64,000 bases of DNA from Heteronotia binoei (GCF_032191835.1 NC_083232.1:56854001-56918000), one strand, 5' to 3'. Shown: positions 48,607 through 60,730, counted from the stretch's first letter. The notes: generated from the letters alone by a model not told the origin. Program-made: numbers and translations.

Positions 48607-49261
48607 CCGTGCTCACGTGGATCTTCTTCATCCAGGGGTAGACCACGGGCTCCTTCCCTTTGAGGCCGGGGAGGCTCTTGTCCGGCAAGAGGGGGCAAGC
48701 GGGGCTGCCGGCCACCGGGGCCGCTGCGCAGTGGCGCTGGGGGGGCTGGTGCGGGTGCTGAGGGACGTGGCCTTGGAGCAGGGGCTGCGCCTGGATGCGG
48801 TGGCCTTTCAGCGCAGGAGGCGCGGGCGCTGGAGGAGGAGGAGGAGGAGGGTTCGGGGGTGGCGGGGAGCTCCCAAGCGGAGGCTGTTCCTGGCCCGCGG
48901 GGGCGCCCAGGCTGCTGTAGCTGTACGGCGACTCGGGGTAGTGGGGTGGCTGCGCGGGGTAGAGAGCCTCAGGAGGAGGAGGAGGGGGAGGCGGCGGAGG
49001 CGGAGGCGGCGGCGGCGGCTGGTATCCGGGCTCCCTGCTCGGCCGCGGGTAGTACTCGCGGAGCGGCGGGCCCGGGTGCTGCGGCTGCTGCTGGCGCAGG
49101 TGCTGCTGCTGTTGTGGCGGCGGCGGGGGGTGCTGGTGGTGCTGGTGCGAGGGGTGATGCGGGTGGTAGTTGCTGCCCCCGCCGTGCTGCGAATATTCCT
49201 CGCAAGGAGGGAATTTGGGCTCGATGTAGTTGGAGTTTATCAAAAACGAACTCATGGTCAT
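48607..49261 (-). CDS. HOXA4: HOXA4 coding exon 1
   Basis: MTMSSFLINSNYIEPKFPPCEEY N-terminus; hexapeptide VVYPWMKKIHVST; donor ACGG|GTGAGT at 48607/48606 (phase 1). Confidence 0.97.
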
Positions 49262-51268
49262 TAATTTGTGAAGTGCAAAAATACTAATTTTTCTCGCGTT
49301 GTCGTTTTTCTGGGCTCGCCGAGGCCCCTCCCCTCCTCCCCCTTCCTTCCTCCCCTCCCTGCCTCCTTCCTCCCCTCCTTCCCCCTCCCCTTCTCCTTGC
49401 TGCTGCTGTTGTCAAGCGCAGCCTGCCAAAGTTTGGGCCTCCTCCCCTCCCCCCCCCCCGCTGCAGTTCCCACCCCGAGACCGCGAGGCGCACCCCCCCG
49501 CCCGGTGCCACCCCCACCCACCCACCCACCTGACCGGCAGGGCCAATTGCGGCGCGGGTGTCAGAGCCCGGATCAGGAAATGGAGGGACAATCCCGGCCC
49601 GAGGAGATCCCCTTCAGGGCACCCCAGAGGCCCCCCAGGTCAACCGGAGCCCCACATTGGAGGACAGGGCGGTCAAAAAACACGGGGGCAAGAAAAGAAG
49701 AGCTCGGAGGCGACGGAGCGCTGAGATCGGCCCTGTTCTGTCGGGCTGCTTGGTTGACCTTGTTTCTCCACCCCCCCCCCCCCCCCATCCCGCCCCACGC
49801 TCGGTGAAAAGAGCCAAAGATGCGTACTTGACTTGTGAGATCATCCAGCTACAAACACACAAACCAGTTACCTCCCTCCCCGTCCCCTCTCCCACCATAT
49901 CTTAATCAGGTTGGTTTAGGTACCCTCCCCCCATACCTGTCTATGGACCGAGTGGACATTTTAATCCTTGTTTTGCAATTGCTAGAAGAGAACCGGGAGA
50001 GGGGAGGGAGTCCTTATTCCTGGTTAAAGGACACCGAAGGACAGACAGCGATCTCGCGCACGTGGGATTCTGACGATTGCCATCAAACCACGTTCTCTGG
50101 AACTGGCTTGCCAAAAAGTAAGCAAGGAGAAAGAGAGTTCTGATTGATATATCTAAAATAGATCAGCCAACACAACGTAAGTTTTATCCCTTCTCTCACC
50201 TCCCTTCCCCCACAGACTTTTTGAGGCTTTGCAGGGCTACTGCAAGAATTAGCAACAACTTTGTGTTTTCTTGCGCATGACAAGATTGCGCCCTGCTGCA
50301 GCCGCTGGATGGAAGGCTATGAATGAGTGATTGGACGGTGTCAGCGCCATCAATGCGATGATTCGATCCTATGAAACGCGGGGCACCTAATTGCTGCCTG
50401 CTATTTGTTTCTCTCTGATACCTCTCCAGGGCTTTTAAATGTTGCTCTTTTATGGTCATTTAATTATTTTAAAATCCTCCATCCCTTGGCAAATTTGGAA
50501 GCGATGGTGGCATGTAATTAGATAGAGAAGCCGCTATAAAAGGAAATTAAAAACAACTCCACCTAGATAGATATTTGAACATTGCAGTAGATCAGAGAAG
50601 CAGTTAGGTTATCCACATTCCATGAGTGAATGAATGAATAAACAAATAACTCTTTGTGGTGTCCAGCATCAAGTGAGAATATTCCTCTTGAAGGAAAGCT
50701 TAATTTTTCCATATTCTGAATGTTCGTTGTTTTAAAAGAAGGGCATTTATTGCCCTTCATAAGCACAGTAAATATTGCAGTTGCGAATAATCTATTTGAC
50801 TTCTGCTACAATTCCACAAAATTGATCTGCTAGCTAGCCGCGCAGGAAGGAAATGAAAGCGACTGCCTGGCCTAGGGTAATTAAAATCTGAAGGTTAAAA
50901 CTAGCCCTTAAAAAAAGTACATATTAATTTAGTCTTCTGGTGCATCTATTGAACTTCTGCCTGCTATTTTAATATCTGAAACTTTAAAGGACACATGCAT
51001 CAAAATGGCCAGGGACTCGAATGAGGAAGCTCGAAATCTGCTCTGATTAAATCTGCTTCCTTCTCCCAAACTACCATTTTAAAAATCCATGTAATATGGT
51101 CACTCATTTTCAACATGTTTATTTTGCTCCCAAGGTGGTTTGTTTGACTGTTGTAATGACCTCGAACTCATACTAGGCACATATAGATAAAATTTACGTC
51201 TCTATTAAATACCCATTTAACCCACTTACACACATCTGTCACTCTGCTCGTCGTATTATATATATATG

Positions 51269-51446
51269 AGTCAAGTTGCACCTTTAAGACCAACTTAGTT
51301 TTATTCAGAACGTAAGCTTTCATGTGGTCTTAAAGTTAATAATACATTTTTAATACATTTTATTTATTTATAAATAAAGTTGGTCTTAAAGGTGCAACTT
51401 GACTTCTATTTTGTTCTACTACTTCAGACCAACACGGCTGCCCACG
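51269..51446 (+). mobile_element. Penelope-like terminal fragment with perfect 28-bp inverted repeat
   Basis: AGTCAAGTTGCACCTTTAAGACCAACTT (51269-51296) and its exact reverse complement (51377-51404), then the tail CTTCAGACCAACACGGCTGCCC; TA-rich flanks. Confidence 0.7.
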
Positions 51447-53071
51447 GATATATATCACATTGGGGAATATTGGACACCCTTCCGTCCTAAAAGGGCACCA
51501 GCCTCCTTTTCTTTGCTCCTTTCTCGCGGACTTTGCAGGGAAAGCACAGACGGTGACACTTGGTGCCAAGGCCGGCCATCCAACACTGGGGAGAGCCGAC
51601 CCTTGACTCCTGTGAAATCACAGATCGGCTTCAGACCTGCTTTACGGCTTAAACAGAGCAGGGATCCCACTGTAAGGTGTCACCTGCACACACACACACA
51701 CACACACGACTTTGCTCACTACCGAGAACAACAATAGCCCAAGATGGGTTTAAAAGGTTAACGTCAAGCATCGCTGTTTCCCTCACCCCGCCCCGCCACC
51801 CCCGGCACAGATTATCCACGCCAGTGTATAACGGAGCATCCCCACTTGCGCCATGTTCTTAAAACACATAAACTGCACCCATCTCTGCTGAGCTAAAGGG
51901 CGCCCTTGGATCTGAAGGCTATAGTAAATAAAAGAGGACAAGGGGGCGTCCAAAAAACCAAAAATAACACCGTTTTTTAAAAAGGAAAAAAAAGCAAGGA
52001 AAGAGAGAGAGAGTACCTTTCGTGTGTGTGTGTGTCTGCTGCTTATTACCTTCGGAGAGCCTCCCAGGGGCTGTTTAATATTAGCGCTCCTGATTACATC
52101 TCCGAGCTACGCCTGCTTCCCTGGACTGCCTTCCACGGGGTGTATCCTTGGCTCAGTTGGACAGAATGAATACCGGCTCTGGGCTTACAGGGCTGTAAAT
52201 CTCCAAGGTGACCTCGGCGGCTCTGCGGCAGCCTGTGTGTTTCAGGGGGTTCTCTCCGGCTGCAGAGATGGGCCTGTTCCTTGTCTGCGGCGTTTACATC
52301 TCATAAACAAGAGCTCAGCCAAGACCACCAAGTGTTATCTCGCCAGCGGCCTGGACCAGGGTTTTTTCTCCCCCACCCCACCTCCTCTCTCCAGAGATTT
52401 ATGACTTCGTCGAGCAACCTCCGAACGAACCTGCACCGAAATCTGGCCTCGCCAAACGTCAGAGCCTGACACACCTTTTACAAAAACACACAAAGGTCCA
52501 CATTTCAGCAAAAAGGGACTTTTCTTTCTCTTTTTTTGCCAAAAAGGCGCCAAAGTTTCGTAGCAGGTCCGGAGATTCACCAAAAGGCAACCTGTAAACC
52601 AGACGCCGATTTAATCTCGGACACACAGCCAAACTGCGTGCAGAAACAGTCCCTCCCACCCCCACGCCTTTACTGTGAACTCCCTCTGAACAAATAAAAT
52701 CGATGTACAGATCTGTGCGTTTGTGTGGGTATAGATATGGGATTCATTTAAACTTTTCAACTTGTCCACGCGTCTGGGCCACAGAGAGGGAGAGAGAGAC
52801 GCGGATGGCGAGATGGGAAGAGTTGAGTTGCGGGGGGGGGGGGGGGGGGGGGAGAGACCCCCGGCAGCCTGGCTTGAATTTGATTTGCAGCATTTTGAAT
52901 ATAGTTAACCCAGCTTTCCCTCTTGAATGCAACCCTGCCCCAAGTTTCAAAGTGACCGAAAAGTGACACCGGGCGCATTTTGTTTCTTATTAATCTTACA
53001 CATTGACAGTCTTTGTTAAATAACAAGGCGTGCCCTTCAGCAAGCGACATTTTCATATTTGTTAGACGCGC

Positions 53072-53088
53072 TGACCTGAAGTTCACCT
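53072..53088 (-). promoter_or_regulatory. DR5 RARE 5' of HOXA4
   Basis: Minus strand AGGTGA-ACTTC-AGGTCA, 3.8 kb upstream of the HOXA4 ATG; matches the described HOXA4 5' RARE as recalled. Confidence 0.88.
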
Positions 53089-56000
53089 CGGCCTTGGACT
53101 TAGTTTTTCCCCCCTCCCTGCGAGGTCTTAAAAAGTGTCTTTTAAAAGATGGGGAGGGGGAGAGTGTCTTTGCTCAGGTCATTTATTCGAAAAGGAAAAC
53201 GGAGAAATAGTGTTGGGGGAGAGAGAATGTAAAGGGTTTTAAATGGAAGGCATGGGTCTCTCTCTGACTTCCCTGGAATCATAAAAGACCCTAAAATGAA
53301 ACTATGGAATCTCCCTCTCTCCGAATTTGCTATTTCTTTTTCTTATGACTCCAGCTTCCTAAGTACTGTATGATTATTTTTCCCTTTAACACGTAGCCAT
53401 TCAGAGGGGTCTGGTTGTCCAGGACTATAAATAAACACATATCTGAAGAAGGGGGTGGGTAGGTGGGTGTGAAGACAGAAGGGCATTTGAGTTAGAAGCT
53501 GGATTGGGTGATCTTTTGAAGGACCTTATCTTAATATACCAACAACGATTCTTAGAAGAAACACACTAATGCTTCCGCAGAAGGTAACACAAGCCCAGAC
53601 TGTGGGTTTTTCTAATGTTGATAAATGTAAACTTGTTAAAGAGAAGGCAATACTTCTTGAGATGGCTCTTGAAAAGGTTCTTGAGCCAGGAGGGTGAGGC
53701 CAAATTTCTCTTCTGTCGCTTTTACACAGACCAGTGCTAAACAGGCAAGTTCGCTTCCGAACAGACACAAAGGAATATGATCTGCTCAGAGGTCTTCCTA
53801 TTTCTGTATCTATAAATTGATATTTAGCAACACATTTCACCATGTTATTTAATGATTCATATAATTAAGGTTTCACGTGTGATTGTACATGTGTGGCCGG
53901 GCAGACATAAATTTTACATTCGATACACAAGCAACCTATGTTATCACCATGTGTTGTGAGTATCATCTCCCCATTGTCTAGCTAGATTTATTTATTTAAC
54001 TCCAGTGCAAATATAGGAGAGAAATCTGGATAGTCCGAGGCTGTGTTATATAATGAAGAGATAAAAGAGTCAACAGCTTTTCTATATATTCTGGCACTTT
54101 AAAGTACACATGCCCATAAATAATACATACAGTTTTTTAAAAAGTGCTTTCAGGCCATCTTCTACATTTTATGATCACTGACACTTTTGATTCGAACGAC
54201 CCTGTGGATATGTTAGCTTAGCAATTGCACCCAATTTCTCTGTTTTGTATTTCTTACAACGTAAGGTGGAACAGTGGCTGCGCATGTTGAAAGAAAATTC
54301 GCCTCTAGAATTCGGAAGCAACTCTGTTAGGAAACCCTACCGATCCTTTCAACTTAATAAGACATTCCTATTTCTTTGAACAAACGGATTCTCCAGATAC
54401 CAAAACAACTGTTCAGTTGGTCCCAGAGTCTTTCTTCAGCGACAGCAAATTGCTGTCAGTAGCGTGGTCTGCATAGGATCCGGTGAGATCGTTTCCGAAA
54501 TTCGAATCAGAAGAGACTCACCCTTAGACTGGTTTGGTTTTGTGGTGACTGTGTTTTATCCTTGTGCTCTACTCAAAAGGGGAACAGGCAGCGCGGTCCG
54601 CCCACGGAAGCAAATGTTATTATGAATTGGTTGGGAGCTTTTTGTTATCAGGGAAGGAATTTAGAATGCAACTGAAAATTCATTGAAGACCGCGTTCAGA
54701 TGTATTAAAATCCCTGGGAGGATTTTGCATCGATGCTCCTTGCACTTGTAAAAAATTATTTGTGCCCTGTGTGTAAAGGAAAGGGAGGGTGGTTGTGTGA
54801 CACGCGAGTTCACCTGATGCATATTCAGGGGGGGAAATGTGGCTGACCGTTCAAGATGAAATACAGCGCGTATTAATGTTGAAAAGAGGGATTTTTCTCT
54901 CCTTCTCTCGGTAATTGAGGTCATTCAGCCCCTCGAGTTCACCTGGAGTCCATACTGTGATGCACGCCTCACTCAAAGCTATTTTATCTTTTGTGTTGAT
55001 AGTCAAGATCTTGGCTATAACATTGACATCAAACTCTGTCTGGGCGCATGACGAAGAGTGGTGCAAAACGTAAACTTTTGACCCTCAACTTTTTGACCCG
55101 AAGTTGTTACGCCCTAACCACAAAGATACACAAAAGCCATGCAAGCTTCTTTGAGAAGAGGCCGGCGCTCTTGTTTGTGTCCATGGCCTTGGTGTTTCCT
55201 TTTCCCCTGAATTTTCTAAGATGTTTGTTATTTTTTAAAATGTAGATCTTTGTTTATTTTCTTCCTTTTTCAAAAAATCCCGCTCTCTGTAAAATCAGTT
55301 CGCCAAAATCCAGCGAACCAGCGCTGGAGAAGGTAGCTTTAAACGCAAAGGAGCGCTAAGGTTCCCGTGGCAGGTGGGTAAGTTCTGGATGCGAAGGTAG
55401 GCACTGCGCTTGTGGTCTTTTATCCATCTAGGTACTCGTGAGAGTTTGCTCATCCCTCAGTGTTTTTTGTTTCTTAAGTTAAGCAAGAGATCTGAGGGGC
55501 TTGCGAAGCCCTGGCTAGGGAGAGGAGAGCTGGCTGTGAACTTGGTCTAAAGCGAGCTCTGCTGGTGAGTCTTAGAGGGTGCAGATTTATCTTCGTTTCT
55601 GCATTTACTTAACCTGGCAATGAACTGCAAGGGCTGCCATTTATTATCTAGAGACAGACTTCACCTCGAGCAAGGACTGTTTCACAAAATTGCAATAATT
55701 ACCCAATAACCTTCATAACAAATATTATTATTGAAAAGCTATTTCGGAAGGGAAGGGTGGGCTGGGCGAAAAGGGAGGAAGATTCCTTCTGTTCCCGGGA
55801 AAGGGTCCCCATTGCAAAATGTGGCATCTTCTCTCTGTAGCTATACGGCATTGGTTGCATCCACGTAAGCAACAAAGACATAGTCTTGTGCGAGTTGGTG
55901 GGTTTGTCAGATGAAGCTGGAGGGACGGCTGAAGGAAGACCACTTGAATTTGGGAGATTCCGTATATGCGCCACAATAAACGCCAGTCTTGTGAATTCTG

Positions 56001-59000
56001 TATGATCAATGTTAGTAGAAAACCGAATCTGCAGTGTATTTCCTGAAAAAGCAGCCTTTCTCTTTCAGTTGTGGCGGTGTGCTTGAGGTAAAGGGGAGGA
56101 CAGAATAGCTGCGTAATCCCTTAGGATGATTGGCCCAACAAGCCGTATAATATATAAAAACGCGATACCGTATTATGGAAAGCTAATCTTACCTTATAGG
56201 TGGTAAAAAGAGCCTGTAGTGCTATCTTTTTAGATAAGGAAGGTAGGGGGAGTAGAAATTTTCCCATGAGGCTTTGTTAAGAAGGGCACTAGAAAACCTG
56301 CCTATCATGTGACTTTCAAAAGCCATTTTACACTTTAAAGAAACTGGAGCTCTCTAACTTCCTGGCTGTAAACACAAATGCTTGTCTAACTTATAACTGG
56401 TCTGGTTCTTATGTCTGGGCCACTGACCTATATCTGATATTCAGAAGCTCAGTGACAATTATTTAAGTAAAATAAATCGGACCTCAGTCAGTTTACAGAC
56501 AATATAATGAAAAGGGCAGTCATCCTCACAAAACAACGTTGTTCATAGCATAAATATATACATTATTTTTCAAATGCTCTTTCTGAAGAAATTTAGTATT
56601 TCGATTTTTGTGTGATTTATTAATTGTCTGTGTTTTTACGAGAAAGAGAAAGTTGATATGATATAGAAAATTACGCAGATATATAGTGTTGGTTTTCCAT
56701 AGGTTTTTTTTTGGGGGGGGGGAGCCGCAGGGCTGGGGGGGGGGTGTACAAGCGAGTATGCCACCATTTCAGCGACTACACCGAATTGTTCTGCGGATTC
56801 CATCTCTCCATTCAACCATCCACCAACTATACATTCAGGTAAATGAATGGAACAGAATGCTATAAATAGATAGGCAGCTAGATAGACTGGATAAGTAACA
56901 AAAATTTCTAGTCAAATAATTGCGTTTCCCTATTGCACAACGAAGTGGAATTTCAGTTGGGTAAAATGTTGCTCGGTCCTACAATGTGCAGTAGCCCTGT
57001 ATCAATCTCCTAAACATTTGTTTGGAAGTGAACCCAACTGATTTAACAAGGAACTTCCACAGAAGTGCGGGGTTGCAGTTTTAAACCACTCCTTTCCTGA
57101 ACAACGGGCTCACCTTACTTTAATCCAAGCCCCACAGTGCCAATTTGGATAAGGAATAAGCTGGATTCCCGCTCCTTTAAACTGAAGTAGATTTGCAGTT
57201 CTAACAAAGCCCATTTCACTTGGAGGTATATCCCCTGGGTTCCCAGGCCACACATTTTCAAGTAAGCGCTTTAGGAACCCAGACCCGCCATTGATGGTAA
57301 TGGAATGAGATATATTAAAATCCAAGTTGTTGGGTTGTTGTTTTTTTTTTTTAAATGAACTGGACTGTGCATTAAGGTGTCAGACTTGAAGAGCGGATTG
57401 GCTTTGCATTGCTTGGGAACCCCACCATGCCAGCCGCCGCCACAGCAGCAGCATTCAGTACTTGGTAGACTTCTGTCACTCTGGATTGTGCCATATACAG
57501 CTCCAGCCACTCCTTTCAAACAGGTTTATTGGCATTGGTGCTATAGGAACTTTGGGAAAGCAGGTGCCAAGAAAGCCACAAATATGCTTAAGATCAGGTT
57601 GTATGGGTTAGTTCTACAATACAGAGCTGAAGCTAATATGCAATGCACTTAAATTGCCCTCGCTGATTTGCTAAGCATACATCAGCACTCTCTTCGATGT
57701 TCAGGGAAAGACACTAAAAACCCAGGAAAGGCGGGGTTGGGGGCTGTAAAAATGACAATTCACTTATTATGAGACTCTCTAGAAATAATGCAAGGAACTT
57801 CCTTAACCTTCCAAAGTGTTTAGGAGACGATGCATAAAACAAAGGGATTCATTTAAATTCGGGTATCTCTTGGCGCAGAGGACATTTCAAAAACAGAGTA
57901 AGCCTCCGTTAGGTTGTCAGACACCCTTCAGGCCTTACATGAGGTAAGAAAAAATATACAGGAGGAAACTGGGTGCGCGGGGAGTGGGGGGGACGGGACC
58001 ATCTTTGGTTGAAAGATTTCGCAAGCTTTAGGGAAGCAAATCCCAGGGCCACGGACTTTCTTTTGACCAAAGTTTGGCTGCTAGTTCTTGCCACCGGAAG
58101 AAGACTGTTCTTCTAGAATCCAGATGGACTGTTTACCAATAGGAATGAATCTAGTAAAACCAGAATACTACTTCACAACCAAGTTCTTATCAAGGAAGAG
58201 AGGAACCTCCATTTTAAACCCCCACTATCTCGGCAGCCCAATCACAACACTTTACAAACTAGAGAATCTTATCAGTCCACATATCCTTTCTTTTCTAACA
58301 ATTACGTTGGGGCTATACCAGATCTTAATTCACCTGCATAGAATGTAATTGCTAGGAATGGCAAAGACATTACTGGCCTGCCTAGGGCTGGAATGAGCAA
58401 GGGTTTCCAGGATCTGACCCTGATGTTACCAACGGAGAAAGAAAAGAAGGGAAGAAGCGCAGCGGGGGGAAAAGAGATGCTGTTTCCTGCTTTCTTTCAA
58501 CCCTGCGAATTCAAAGACCTAAAGTTAAATCCGGCCATAAAGTTTATTGCTGAGTAATCACACTCTGGTGAGAAGAGTCTACTTAAATAAAAAGAATGTT
58601 GATAATAAACAGGCAGCTGGGGCCTACCCTGCAATTGCCAGCCAGTAAAAAAATAAAGATATCTATATAAATGGGGGGGTTATTTACAATCGCCCATAAA
58701 ATTCGACTGTCTTTCATAATTTCAAGTACTCTAATGGAATGTAGAAGCTCCTGTTAAAGTTACAGTCAATTTGGTCCTTCCGGAAGAGAGAAACTGGTGA
58801 AAATACGCGGACATGGCGAGGAATCGACAGCAGCTGTGTACATTGTATATGGAGACACACGCATAGAGGTACAGCTGAGCCCCTGAACACAGAGAAATCC
58901 AAAATAATCCAAACACAAAATCAACAGCACCAGGCGCAACTCCAATGTCCTAAGAAACAAAAAGTTTCTCCAGTTCTAAAACATCCACCAAGAGAGGGAT

Positions 59001-59412
59001 GCTGGTTTTACAGATAGCTTGCTGTAGCCTTTTTCCTTTTTAAACAGTCGCCTGAGGTTCTCTGTTCCTTGATAAACAAAATCATTGGAAACTGGGAAGT
59101 CCGTGAAGCAAAGGAAGTCATTATCATTTGCTGTAGTAAAAGTAATTAAAGTTAGGCCTCAAAATCCATCTCTGACAAAGTCACTTATTGTGGATTACTT
59201 GGATTTGATAGATAAAATATTGAGTTAACTAACTGCTGAGCTTGAAGAATTAAAGAAGAGCGAAGGGAAATCCTTCTCCCTCCCTCGGTATAAACCTGCC
59301 GTCTTTAAAAGAGAACCTTAAGACATCACTGTGATCATTCAAGAATCCCAGGCGGGGAAACCAAGTTCTCCACCGTACAAATAAACTCAAGGAACTTGTG
59401 CACAAAACTTAC

Positions 59413-59518
59413 CTTAACTTGCCAGGAGCCATTTTTTCATAAAGATATTGAGAACTTGGGCAATAGATACTTCTGTACCTAAACCTGACAATTGGAATGA
59501 CCAGGAGGCACCCGTAGC
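59413..59518 (-). other. Distal non-coding leader exon of HOXA3 long transcripts (106 nt)
   Basis: Bounded by tcttttgcag| (59519) and AAG|GTAAGT (59413/59412). Sequence GCTACGGGTGCCTCCTGGTCATTCC...AGTTCTCAA...AAAAATGGCTCC resembles the mouse Hoxa3 5'UTR TIE region as recalled. Confidence 0.65.
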
Positions 59519-60375
59519 CTGCAAAAGAGTCAAATGAAGTCCAGCGTCAGTGAGATTATATGTTATGTGGCATATAATGTTGGATGACAACTCCCCAAAA
59601 CCATAAAACTTACTTTAATGGCACCACGTGACTTTTTATAGCCAGTGAGCCTATCTGTCTGCACTATGGATGATTTTACGATCTAATTCATAGACAAAAC
59701 CCTATTCATTTGGCACCAAATGTCATATAGCCGGAACTGGGGCTTACAAAGTTTATTGTTTTATAACTTCTAAAGGAAGACATCAATGTACCCCGTCAGT
59801 AAATGTGCAAATCTTTAGTTGCTCTTAGAAGCTCAGAAGAGTTAACCATTCAAGCCCTGGTGGGGGTAAGTAACATTACATTTCTAGTAAAACTAGCTGT
59901 AGTGACATGTAATAAGAAGAGTAAAGCCACCCCAAAGCGTTTCAAGGAGAAAAGTGGGACGATTGTGAGAGTGGGTGGGTGTTGCAGTAACTGGACTGTG
60001 CTTAAAGACTGGGGAAGGTTTGGAGTGCTGGTATCCTAAGTCTATAGGCACAAGGGTAGATGTGTGAGGAGACAAAGAGGATCTAGAGATACCGAGCAAG
60101 GCTGGATGTCTTTTCCCCAACAACAAATGAGCCGGCATTCAGCCAGTTTCCCTCTAGCCACGAATGTGGACACGTAATGTCGTGTTCCATCAGAAGAGGA
60201 ACTAAATAGCTCCAGCGGTATGTTGGGCCACTGCGCTGGGTTGATTTGCATGAGAGAGTTTCTTTTCCAGCTTCGCTCTGTTGGGATAGATAAAACTGAG
60301 GAGTCACAGACTAGAGTAGGCGCAAAGGGCGGGGGGCCGGGAGAAAGAAAGGTGGGGGAAACTTACAATAGAAAG

Positions 60376-60381
60376 TTTATT
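60376..60381 (-). terminator. Candidate HOXA5 polyadenylation signal
   Basis: AATAAA on the minus strand about 920 nt after the stop. Confidence 0.55.
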
Positions 60382-60720
60382 TGTCCAGTCAGTACTTAAA
60401 AAAAACAAACCCAAACATGTTGTTTAAAAAAAAGCCGATCACATTTTTGCTCAAACAGCCAGACTGTGACTCTATTTTTAACTTCGTTCACAAAAAGAAA
60501 CAAAACCAAACCAAAAAAAGAACTAGACGTTACTGGAGCTGAGCTGAATCAAAGTCACCTCTAAGAGTTCGTGCAAAGAGTCATATACAAAGGCACAGCA
60601 AGGACATACTGTCTGGAATCACAGTTTTCGCCACAGATTCACTATTCACTACACGTTAGGACACGTTCAGTTGTATTTCATCATTTCACCTCTACAACAG
60701 CCATTAATGACACAGGAATT

Positions 60721-60730
60721 TAGGTAGTTT
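60721..60730 (-). promoter_or_regulatory. miR-196 8mer site, HOXA5 3'UTR
   Basis: Minus strand AAACTACCTA pairs with miR-196 nt 1-10 (UAGGUAGUUU). Confidence 0.75.

Noticed and set aside
48305-49264. 319-aa plus-strand ORF antisense to HOXA4 exon 1 (similar shadow ORFs over HOXA1, HOXA3 and HOXA5 exon 1)
   Set aside because: Expected stop-poor reverse frame of GC-rich coding sequence; low complexity and no recognisable domain.
50535-50542. Plus-strand TATAAAAG as an antisense TATA box
   Set aside because: Equally a Cdx/Hox TTTAT site in an AT-rich conserved block; no supporting exon structure.
51305-51330. Functional hammerhead ribozyme in the Penelope-like copy
   Set aside because: Only the GAAAGC half is present; the CTGANGA core is missing in all three copies.
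49300-59400. Search for a miR-10 hairpin upstream of HOXA4
   Set aside because: No TACCCTGTAG-like mature sequence seen on the Hox strand; consistent with amniote HoxA lacking miR-10.
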